Origin: the human T2T-CHM13v2.0 reference genome, Homo sapiens
Assembly: GCF_009914755.1 (NCBI RefSeq)
Contig: NC_060925.1
Length of the DNA stretch: 64,000 bases
Direction: 5' to 3' (one strand)
The position numbers were made by a program, and so were the translations under genes. This document shows positions 37,901 to 48,503 of this stretch, piece by piece. How positions within the stretch are numbered: the stretch's first letter is position 1; the number at the start of each line of letters is the position of its first letter. The notes below the pieces were generated by a model. The model did not search any database and was not told the origin of the DNA. It was given only the letters and a program-made list of their open reading frames with translations.

Positions 37901-39639
37901 TTCTGTCTCCATGGATCACGGTGTTTGACAGAATTGCAGAAGAGAAAAAGACTCACCACCAGATTTTCCACTCAAACTAAAAGATTAAGTCAAGTTCCAA
38001 TAGAAAATTCCTTAATCAAAGTTGTCAGCTTTCATATGGTCGCTAACTTTAATACAGTCAAGTGGATATATATATGAAATGTTGTCAAGAGCAAATTTAG
38101 GGTCCTGTTACATAGAAAAACACTATGGATCAGAGATTATTCTCATTTCTTCCATAGAAGTAAAAATAATATAAATAATAATAAGAACTACGTACCATTT
38201 ATTATGTGCTAATTATAGCATCATTGTGCTGAGTGCTTCACTCAAGGTGATACTTGGGATTGTTCAGTTATTTACATTTCATGGTAATTCTAAGATATCC
38301 TATCCCAGGTCATATAGCCTTTAAGTTGTTTAATGTGGAAATTAATGCCAAATCCATTTCCGTTTTCCATCAAGGCCTGTATTCCTAACCATTCTGCAAT
38401 ACTACTCATCTAAATCATGATGATGCTTTTATCTAATGATAAATGACTTTGGAACTCAGGAGCTTCAAACTTACGATTTCATATGAATCTGTGATGAATC
38501 CCCTCTAAGGGTTTCTCTGAATGTAGTCTCTGCCAGGATAGAGGATCAAACTAAGTTGTCTGTACAATATGACAAGTCGATTTGCCCCAGACACTATTGT
38601 TAGTGTTCTGAGTATTGAAACAACTTACTCTTCAGGATTGTCCCTGAGTAAAACACAATAGAATAAAATTTAGAATTGGTTCTTTGTAACTTCTATTTTC
38701 TGAACTTCTGGTAGATTCATGCCCTAAATCATCAGACAGCTTTATAGTCTAGTCTTCTAGGAGAACTGTGTACCTTTGAAACTGTACCCTCCTGGGGTCC
38801 CAAGCCAAAGTAAAAAAGACAGGACTCAGTCTAATACCATCATGATAGTAAATTATGCAACACCTCAATCCCGACACAAAGTTTATAAAGATAAATCTTT
38901 TGTTCACCTTCCTATATCTTCTTTAAAGCCTCCGAATTCAGTTCTCTCTACTCACCTAAATAAGCCACATCCAATAAACGGTAGCTGAGTAATTTTCAGG
39001 GTAAATGAAAACAATAAAGCTTCAAGTGCATGGAATAATTCCTTATTCCTAGGTCTTATCATGCTCTGGCAAGTTCTAGTCCAGTCATAGTATTAAGAAT
39101 TATCTCTAAGGTGAGGTACATGCATGTAATCCAAGGTGGATGCAGAATGATCCTCTGAATAATAGTAAGAAAATTTTAGGACTTCTTATTATATTAATTT
39201 TACCTCAATCTTTAAAGATTTTATTTTAGGGAAAGTTTCAAAAAATAAATGATATAAAAGTGTAGTGGTACATTTATGTTACATATAAAAATACACAAGT
39301 AATAGGCTCAACATATCTGGAGACTCCTGGTCTATACCACAATAATTAAGCTAAAGGAATTCTAGGTAGAAAGTATGCAGCCACTTATTATGATACTACA
39401 AATTTATAAATATTGATGCACCAAGTATCCAAAATTATGAAAATACTATATTCTAAAGAGGGGGCTACAACTCCTGATTTTACATACTAATTTTTGATTG
39501 GGAAGTAAAAATAATACCTCTAAAGGTAAGGCCTCTAGGTTTTTTTTTTTTTTTTGAGATAAGAAAAAATGCAGAATGAGATTTTCCATCTACATAGCTT
39601 AAAAAGACAAGGGAGTGGAACAGACTTGTTATACCTTAA

Positions 39640-39865
39640 AACAGTATTTCCAAGGAGGTACTCTTCAATGCTATTAGGCTTTCTACAGGAAGAGGGGGGT
39701 TTGTTAAACAGGTTTCTTTCCTAGAAGAATTATTAGAGCTCCTAATAGGAGACTCTAATAGGCACTATCTAAGAGGCAGACAAACTTATTTGACCATTGC
39801 ATCATGTTTTTGAGAAGCACTTCCTCGAATGAACCTGTTTTTGAATGTACTTGGAAAATGCTGAC
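39640..39865. mobile_element. hAT-Charlie relic (MER103-like)
   Basis: CAGTATTTCCAAG...CTTGGAAAATGCTG inverted termini; CAAACTTATTTGACCA. Confidence 0.5.
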
Positions 39866-40009
39866 TAAAGTAAATTGCAGTTTTCTGCCTAGGGCCCAAA
39901 CTTCTACCCATTAAATTAGTGTCCATCCCTGTTCAAGTTAATTCCAGTTTAATTTTTGCCTTACCAAGAGTCAGGGTAGTCTCTCTCTTTTCCCTTCTAC
40001 CTTAATCCT

Positions 40010-40860
40010 CGTATATTCAATATATATGTTTTGAGTTCTTTCCATTTATCCAGTACCGTGCTAAGTATAAAGAGAAAATTATAAAAATACATAATCTTTA
40101 TTCTAGACATTATACACATACTTATTCACAATTATTATAAATCAGAAGTTATAAATAGGTTTCAGAGGGAAACTGTGCTTGGTTTGGTGCATTAGGGAAG
40201 CATCCATGAAATGATATTTCTGCTGAGATATGAACGATGAGTTGGAAATGGACATTTGAAAAACAAGGGAGCTCCTAAAATAAAGGAAATAAATATACAA
40301 ATGCTCTGAGTGTAGGAGAGATTTGTTCATCATCACCATTAGATTAGCAGGGTAGTGTGGTTGGAGCAGAGTGGATGGGATAGAAAGCTTATATGCATGG
40401 GGTGGCAGAGTCAAGGAGGAAGCAGATTACACAGGGCCTTGAGAGCCATGTCAGGGCTTTGGGATTTTAATCTAAAGCAAAGAAAATTATGAAAAGGTTT
40501 TAAGTAGCAAGTGACAAGATCAGAATTCTCCTTGAAATGATCACTCTGGATATTTTGTAGATGATGAATTGGAAAGAGACAAAAAAAAAAAAAAAAGACA
40601 TTTCCATATCCTTCTAGATAAACCCTGCAAGGACAGGTATATTTTTCCTTCACAAAGATACCCTAAACATTTATGACAGTGCTTGGTACTTGGCAGAAGC
40701 CCTACAGATATTTGCTAAACAAAGGAATGAAGGTATGCATCCAGTTAAGACCCTATTTTAGCAATTCAGGTGAAAGGTGTTGGTACATTGTACTTGAAGG
40801 TGACAGTGTAGCAATACAATTTTGGTGATTAACCATTGGCTTCACCTCCCATTACTTTCA
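40010..40860 (-). mobile_element. L2 relic
   Basis: CAGATTACACAGGGCCTTG..GGATTTTAATCTAAAG..GATCACTCTGG motifs. Confidence 0.65.
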
Positions 40861-41267
40861 ATATATGTATTTTCATGTGAGGGACTCTTTTGATGGAATA
40901 TTAGATATTAGCCAGAAATTGACAATATACAGATTTTGGAGACATGAGGAATTACTAGCAGGTCCTGCACATCATAGGCAGCTGCCTACTTTGCCCATGA
41001 ACTTATATAGCAATGTTTAGGTAACTTTTCAATTCCTCATTTTTAATATATAGTCATATCATGATTCCAAGCTCATTTGAACTTTACATATGTCAAGATT
41101 AAAACAACCATAGAACCTGTTAGGAATTTCATTTATTATTTTAAATATATACAGTTTTGAAGACCCAGCTTAATTATTGTTCCGAATAGGTATTTATGTT
41201 ACCCATAGAATTTACACAAAAAAATAAAATTTTAAATTACGCTCCAAATGAAAATGAGAAAAGTGCT

Positions 41268-41652
41268 TGTTATAGGTTGAATTGTGACCTTCCAGTTCAT
41301 ATGTTGAAGTCTTAACCCCTCTACCTACAAATGTGACCTTGTATAGAAATAGAATCTTTATAGAATTAATCAAGCTAAAATAAGGGCATTAAGGTGGGTC
41401 CCAATCCAACATGACTTGTGTCCATGTAAAAAGGGGAAATTTAGGGACAGCCACATATGCAGGGAGAATGACATGTAAGTATGAAAATCTACAAACCAGA
41501 ATGACCTAGAACAGATCTTTCCCTCACAGCCCTAAAAAGGAACCGATCCTACCAATCCTTTGATTTCAGACTTTTAGCCTCGAGAACTGAGAGTCATTAA
41601 ATTTCCAACAGTTTCCAGTACTTTGTTTTGGCAGCCATAGCAAACTAATGTA
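41268..41652 (+). mobile_element. MaLR solo LTR, MLT1B-like
   Basis: TGTTATAGGTTGAATTGTG..TTCATATGTTGAAGTC...TACTTTGTTTTGGCAGCCATAGCAAACTAAT. Confidence 0.88.
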
Positions 41653-42135
41653 ATGCCTATAAACACCAGCAACTTTATTAAGATTCTATTAACTGTTCTT
41701 TATATTCTTTATTCTGGTTGAGTCTGCCAAATTTAGCAACACATGCTGGTTGCTACCCCGGATGGTGATTAGTTCTGTTGTTTATAAAGACAAGCAAATT
41801 GTATTTAAATCTTTTAAAGTTGGAAAAAGGTGGAAAGCAGGAATAGCAACTGCAGTTTTAGTCAAGTCCTGTTTCTGACTCTATTATTGTTGGAACTAGA
41901 AGGAGTATTTTTTTATTGAGAAGCCATTTGTTTTTCTGTGTGATTATTTAGAATAAATAATATTGGCAAGGCCACTTCAGCTTTAGTTTGAGATGGTGCA
42001 AATGTCATATGAATTCTTGGCATTTTGCTTTTCTCAAACATGTTTTCTTCACTTTAATGATGAATACACCTGCTTCATTTTATTTAGAAAGAAGTCATTC
42101 TCTTCACTATGACTGAGCCACCACTTTTAAATACA

Positions 42136-42459
42136 CAGTCAGTCCTCCATATGTGCTGCTTCTGCATTCTCAGATTCAACCATCAGAAGCTGAAAGATAT
42201 TTGGGAAAAAAACAATGAAAAATAATACAATTTAAAAAATACAAATGAGGAAACAATACCATATAAGAATTATTTACATAGCATTTACCTTGTTTTAGGT
42301 ATTATAAGTCATCTAGAGATGATTTAAAGTATATAATAGGATGTGCGTAGGTTATATGCAAATACTATGCCACTTTATTTCAGAGATTTGAGCATCCACG
42401 GATTTTGGTAACCTCAGGGGTTCAGGAGCCAATCTCCTGTGGATATGAAGGGTCAACTG
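42136..42459. mobile_element. MER2 (TcMar-Tigger non-autonomous DNA transposon)
   Basis: Termini CAGTCAGTCCTCCATAT / ATATGAAGGGTCAACTG-TA; internal TAGGTATTATAAGTCATCTAGAGATGATTTAAAGTATA. Confidence 0.88.
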
Positions 42460-43346
42460 TATATTATAATTAATGGCTGAAATAATGTGAATAAACATTC
42501 AAATTTATTTCTTTATATTCTTTTTTGGAATTGAAGGATATAAAAATTAAATAATATTAATACACAAAGATTTAAAGGTATCTTGAATTTAATGTTATTA
42601 AATTCTCCAAAGTCTAATGCCATGCAAATCATATTTGTATTTATCCTCAATATTTTTTCTTGACCAGTAGGTTCAATATTTTTAATACTTTTTTCCAGAT
42701 TTTACACTTTAATTTTAAAAATCATTGTCAATGCAGACACGACAAAAAACTAGTCCCGAAGTTATAGTTCCTCAGCTTCTGAAATATTTGCATATTGGTT
42801 TCTTTTTATCATTTTTCAGGGCTTGGAGCTCAGATAAATTCTGCTCTGTCAACACATATTTATAGATTGTTCAGAATCACAGTACATGTGATAAAAATTA
42901 CAAACAAAACTGAAGATGTAACTCTTACTCTAATAAACAGGGAATGTTTTATAGAATAAATTGAACTTACATTAAAGTCAAAAGAAAGCATGTGTGAATG
43001 TGTGCCTGAGTGCGTGTGCACACATGCTAAAGGAACAGCGTGAGCCAAGGCACAGAGTCATAGTGAGTACATTTTAAGTGAAGATAAGTAGACTTGATTG
43101 GAACAGAGATTTGATGTTGATGACTTGAGTTACCTTAGATTATGTAGGTAAGGAGTGATTACTGGAGGCCTCAAATGCCAGTAATAGAGATGCTTTCATT
43201 ATGGGTTGAATTGTGACCTCCCAGTTGTACCTGAGACTGATGAATAACAGGGGCTATTACAGAGGATCTAGAGCCTGGCTTCCCATCCTAGCTCAGCGTT
43301 TACTGCTCTTTGCATTCCAAGCTTTTATACTGTTTTATTTTTATAG

Positions 43347-44170
43347 TGATACAAGAGTGCCAGGAAGGGAAGGGCGTGGTCCCTTTAAATGATATGGAGG
43401 GGGGAAGGGAAGTGTTGGGTAGAGGAGGGCCCTGACTAGGGCTCTACCCCCACGGACCTAGGTGAGGACAGGCAGAAATGTTGCATTTACCAAGACCGCT
43501 CTGGCCCACCACAACCCCATCCTGGGCCTATAAAAACCTGAGACCCTAGCAAGGCAGAGACAGAAGCTGCTGGATGGCGAGAGGAACACATCGGCGGAAA
43601 AAGATAAGTGGCCGGACATTGAGAGGATGTTGAGGGAAGCACACCAATGGAAGAGCACACTGACTGACGCCGGCAGGAGGCCAGGCCGTCCTCTAGCAGG
43701 ACTAGGTGGAGTTTGGCCTGGGGAAGTCTTAGGAGAGCCAGGGGCCACTGAGCAGCCCAACTCCAGGGGAAAACCATCTCCCTTCTGGCTCCCCCATCGG
43801 CTGAGAGCTACTTCCACTCAATAAAACTTTACATTCATTCTCCAAGCCCACGTGTGATCCGATTCTTCCGGTACACCAAGGCAAGAACCCAGGATACAGA
43901 AAGCCCTCTGTCCTTGGGATAAGGTAGAGGGTCTAATCTAGCTGGTTAACACAAGCTGCCTATAGACAGCAAACTAAAAGAGTACCCTGTAACACACACC
44001 CACTGGGGCTTCAGCTGTAGACACTCACCTCTAGACACTGCCGTGGGGTCAGAGCCCCACAGCTGCCGGTCTGTATGCTCCCCTAGAGGTTTGAGCAGTG
44101 AGGCACGGAAGAAGCGAGCCACACCCCCATCACCAGCCCTGTGAGGGAACAAGGGAACTTTCCCATTTCA
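43347..44170 (+). mobile_element. ERV1 solo LTR, LTR1 family (MER4 group)
   Basis: TG...CA termini; TSD ATAG/ACAG; TATAAAA 43529; AATAAA 43820; GGAAGGGAAGGGCGTGGTCCCTTTAAATGATA start resembles recalled LTR1 consensus. Confidence 0.85.
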
Positions 44171-44320
44171 ACAGCATGTATCACCCTATCAGACATTGTA
44201 ACAAAATCATTTGTTTAAATGGTTTTATTAAAATGTTTAAGTTTTTAATGATCCTTCTCCCCAGGCAAAATGCCAGACTTCCAGGAAAGAATTATTCTGT
44301 TCAACTATTACTTCCTCATA

Positions 44321-45614
44321 TTAGGCTGATGCAAAAGTAATTGCGGTTTTGGATCGTGAATTTTAAATCATTATAACTAGGCTCAAACACATCTTCATTA
44401 ATCAAAATAGGAACCATTACAATCAACACATTTTTACCAATGAAAAATAAGTTTGTTTATTCCTGTAGCATAAAAATCCGTGCTTCAGGATTCAGTGAAC
44501 TCTTGGAAAGCACTTTTTGCATTCTACTGGTTGTGGAAGTGTTTTCCTTGCAAAAAGTTGTCGAGATGATTGAAGAAGTGGTAGTCGGTTGGCGGGAGGT
44601 CAGGTGAATATGGTGGATGAGGCAAAACTTCGTAGCCCAGTTAGTTCAACTTTTGAAGCTTTAGTTGTGTAATGTGCGATCATGCATTGTCGTGGAGAAT
44701 TGGGCCCTTTCTGTTGACCATTGCTGACTGCAGGGGTTGAAGTTTTCGGTTCATCTCTTTGAATTGCTGAGCATACTTCTCAGATGTAATGGTTTCGCCG
44801 GGAGTCAGAAAGCAATAGTGGATCAGACCAGCAGCAGACCACCAAACAGCGAACATGACCTTTTTTTGGTCCAAGTTTGGCTTTGGGAAGTGCTTTGGAG
44901 CTTCTTGGTCTAGCCACTGAGCTGGTCATCACCAGTTGTCGTATAAAATCCACATTTCATTGAACGTCACAAACTGATTGAGAAATGATTTGTTGTTGTT
45001 GCTTAGAGTAAGAGAAGATGACACTTCAAAATGACAATTTTGTTTTTTATTTTATTTTTTTTTAAATTTTCACTCATCTCATGAGGCATCCACTTATCCA
45101 GCTTTTTCACCTTCCCAATTTGCTTCAAATGCTGAAAGACTCTAGAATGCTCAACGCTGAGTTCCTTGGCAACTTCTCACGCAGTTGTAAGAGGATCAGC
45201 TTCCATGGTTGCTCTCAGTTGGTCATTGTCAACTTCCTATAGCCAGCCACTGTTTTCCTCGTTTTCAAGGCTCTCCTCTCCTTTGCAAAACTTCTTGAAC
45301 CACCACTGCACTGTACATTTGTTAGCAGTTCCTGAACCAAATGTGTTGTTGATTTTGCGAGTTGTCTCCACTGCTTTATGACCCATTTTGACCTCAAATA
45401 AGAAAATCACTCGAATTTTCTTTTTCTTTAACATCATTTCCATCATCTAAAATAAACACAAAATAAACAACAAGTAATAAGTGATTAGCAAAAAAAATAA
45501 AGTGAGAAATGCCCATTAAAATGATGTTTAACAGAACCACATTTATTTAAGAATGTATTCCAATATCAAACGGTAAATTCCAATAATGCAAAAACCACAA
45601 TATTACTTTTGCAC
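44321..45614 (-). mobile_element. Hsmar1 mariner DNA transposon, near full length
   Basis: TA + TIR TTAGGCTGATGCAAAAGTAATTGCGGTT at the left end; AACCACAATATTACTTTTGCAC at the right end; transposase remnant inside. Confidence 0.97.
44398..45443 (-). pseudogene. Hsmar1 transposase pseudogene
   Basis: MEMMLKKKKIRVIFLFEVKMGHKAVETTRKINNTFG..; WMPHEM; TFNEMW (first catalytic D changed to N); HDNA; YSPDLPPTDY; ends KCVDCNGSYFD*; several stops and a T-rich expansion ~45038-45063. Confidence 0.95.
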
Positions 45615-45646
45615 TCATACTTAGAACCATGCCTGGGGCATTATGA

Positions 45647-45968
<322 letters not shown>

Positions 45969-46118
45969 TATTTAATGTATTTCTAACTCACTTTCCTTAT
46001 ATTGATATGGCAGTGGTGATGATGATATTAATAAGAATCACAATAATGCCACAGTGGTATGATAAGGCTTATACATAGATCCATCTAGCACAGGGTTTTT
46101 CACATAAGTGCTCAATAA

Positions 46119-46425
46119 TTTTTATTTATTTAATTTTTTTTGAGACAGGATCTAGCTGTGTTGCACAGGTTGGAGTGCAATGGCATGATTCTTAGCTCAC
46201 TGTACCACCTGCCTCCTGGGCTCAAGCAATCCTCTCACCTCAGCCTCCCAAGGAGCTGGGACTACAGGTGCATGCCACCACACCCGGTTAATTTTTTAAG
46301 TTTTTTGTAGAGACAAGGTTTCATCATGTTGCCCAGGCTGGTCTCTAACTCCTGAGCTCAAGCAATCTACCTGCCTCAGACTCCCAAAGTGCTTAGATTA
46401 CAGGCGTGAGCCCCTGTGCCTGGCC
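46119..46425 (-). mobile_element. Alu (AluJ-type)
   Basis: Reverse Alu with CTCCTGAGCTCAAGCAATC; flanking TGCTCAAYAA repeats. Confidence 0.93.
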
Positions 46426-46704
46426 TATGCTCAACAAATTTAGATACCTTTTTTCTTGTTGCAGATTCTTGCATTGAGACCAACATAAAAAAAAATTCTA
46501 AAGGAAGTCTTGTAGATTGACTTTAGGATGTTGATTATTTTCAAAACAAGTGAGAAACCCGGGGTGTAATGAACACTTAGTTCTAGGCTTCAATAAACAA
46601 AACATTTATTTGAAATTAGTCTAAAATAGAAAAGTAAAAAATGGAAAAAGATAATGCATGAATTGCAGTATCCAGCAAATATTAAATAATTTTTTGGGGA
46701 AAAA

Positions 46705-46795
46705 ATAGATAGATAGATGATAGATGATAGATACATAGATGATAGATGATTGATAGATAGATAAATAGATAGATGATAGATGATAGATAGATAGA
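46705..46795 (+). repeat. (GATA)n tetranucleotide STR, interrupted
   Basis: Visible TAGA/TGA tract. Confidence 0.95.
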
Positions 46796-47379
46796 GATAT
46801 ATGTCAGTGAGAACAGGACAAGCTAATCAGAGAAGGCTTCATGGGAGAGGAATGGATTTGAATTTGGGATTGAAAAATGGGCCTGATCTGTCAAATGCCC
46901 ACAAGAGATCAAGGGAAATGAAGCTGAGAAATAATCAGAATAAAATTGCTAATTTTAGAGTGAGATTTCAGCAATTTGATTGATAGAGAAGATGCGGAAT
47001 TCAGGTAACACAGGAAGTTGTTGAGTAGGAATCAGTATTTTTGGCTTCTAGTCATGTTTACAACTTCAAAAATGGTAAAAAGAGCATTGCTAAATATGAG
47101 TATCCTATCTATACGTTTTTTTTATATGATACTATTGTTTTTTAAAGATTGACTTTTCAATTTCAAGTTCAGTTATAGAAAAAATAAAACATCTGGAGTT
47201 TGGGAACTCCCAGAATGAGATTTTATTCCCTCATTGGTCATGTCTGAAGATTCCAGAGCTTAGAATTCCCTTCATAAACCTTACTTTTCTTAGAGGTAGT
47301 TCTACCCACGGACACATTTTCCTAAGTATAATCTCTAAAAGAGTTAGAATTTGTGAGTGAGTTATGCCGAAGTGTTGAG

Positions 47380-47660
47380 AGTAGCATTTCCCAAGATATG
47401 TTCAATGGAGCACTAGTACATAGTCTGTTAATAGCTGTTATATGAAAAAAAAAATTACCCTAGTCAAACATATTTTTGAAATGCAAGTTAAAACAAACTC
47501 AGACACTTTCTTTACTGCAGGACTCCTCAGAATCTCTTATTAGTGTGCAACTGTGAATATGAAAGTAGTATTTAGGGTAGCAGTTGTTTTCAAAACACTT
47601 TGCCCAAGATATCATTTTTGTCGTGAAACTCACCTTTGGACTTGTTGAGTGGGATGTATT
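47380..47660. mobile_element. hAT-Charlie relic (MER103-like)
   Basis: AGCATTTCCCAAG..GGAGCACTAGT..TTTCTTTACTGCAGGACTCCTCAGA motifs. Confidence 0.55.
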
Positions 47661-47788
47661 TTATTTAATATTTTCCAGCTCCTTTTATCTCAAATGTTCC
47701 ATGATATTTTTATGTTATATAATGAGCACAAAAAAAATCACTTAATAATAATAATGATGTATACATACAGGAACTGCCAGTCTTTTTT

Positions 47789-47906
47789 TCCTCTCCTTCC
47801 TGCCTTCCTTCCTTCCTTCCTTCCTTTCTTTCTTCCTTCCCCCTTCCCTCTCTCCCTCCCTTCCTTCTTTCCTTCCTTCCTTCCCTACTTCCTTCCTTCC
47901 TCCTCC
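47789..47906 (+). repeat. (TTCC)n pyrimidine tract, left half
   Basis: Visible. Confidence 0.93.
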
Positions 47907-48440
47907 CACAAGAAAGAATTTGAGGCAAGTCCAGAGTAGAGTGAAAGCAAGTTTATTAGAAAAGTAAAGAAACAAAAGAATGGCTACTCCGTAGCAGAGC
48001 AGCAGTATGGGCTGATTGACTGAGTATATTTGTAGTTATTTCTTGATTATATGCTAAAAAAGGGGTGGATTATTCATGAATTTTCTGGGAAAGAGACAGA
48101 CAATTTCCAAAACTGAGGGTTCCTCCTGCTTTTAGACCATACAGGGTAACTTCCGGATGTTGGCATGTAGACTGTCATGGTCTGGTGGGAGTGTCTTTTT
48201 GCATGCTAATGCATTGTAATTAGCATAAAGTGAGCAGTGATGATGTCCAGAGGTCACTTTCGTTGACATCTTGGTTTTGGGTTTCGGTGGGATTTGGCCA
48301 TCTTCTTTACCACATCCTCTTTATCAACAGGGTCCTGTGATTAAGAATGCCTGACCTCCTGGGAGTGCAGTCCAGTAGGTCTCAGCCTTATTTTACCCAG
48401 CCCCTATTCAAGAGGAGGTCACTCTGGTTTGGACACCTAT
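47907..48440 (-). mobile_element. MER41-family ERV1 LTR, truncated at both ends
   Basis: Minus strand reads AACCAGAGTGACCTCCTCTTGAATAGGGGCTGGGTAAAATAAGGCTGAGACCTACTGG...GGAGTAGCCATTCTTTTG...AATAAACTTGCTTTCAC; TG/CA termini absent. Confidence 0.92.
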
Positions 48441-48503
48441 CTCCTTCCCACCCTTCCTTCCTTCCTTCTTTCCTTCCTTCCTTTTCTTTCCTTCCTTCCT
48501 TCC
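48441..48503 (+). repeat. (TTCC)n pyrimidine tract, right half
   Basis: Visible. Confidence 0.9.

Noticed and set aside
47649-47975. Low-complexity ORFs (LPSF/GRKE repeats)
   Set aside because: Translation of the (TTCC)n microsatellite.
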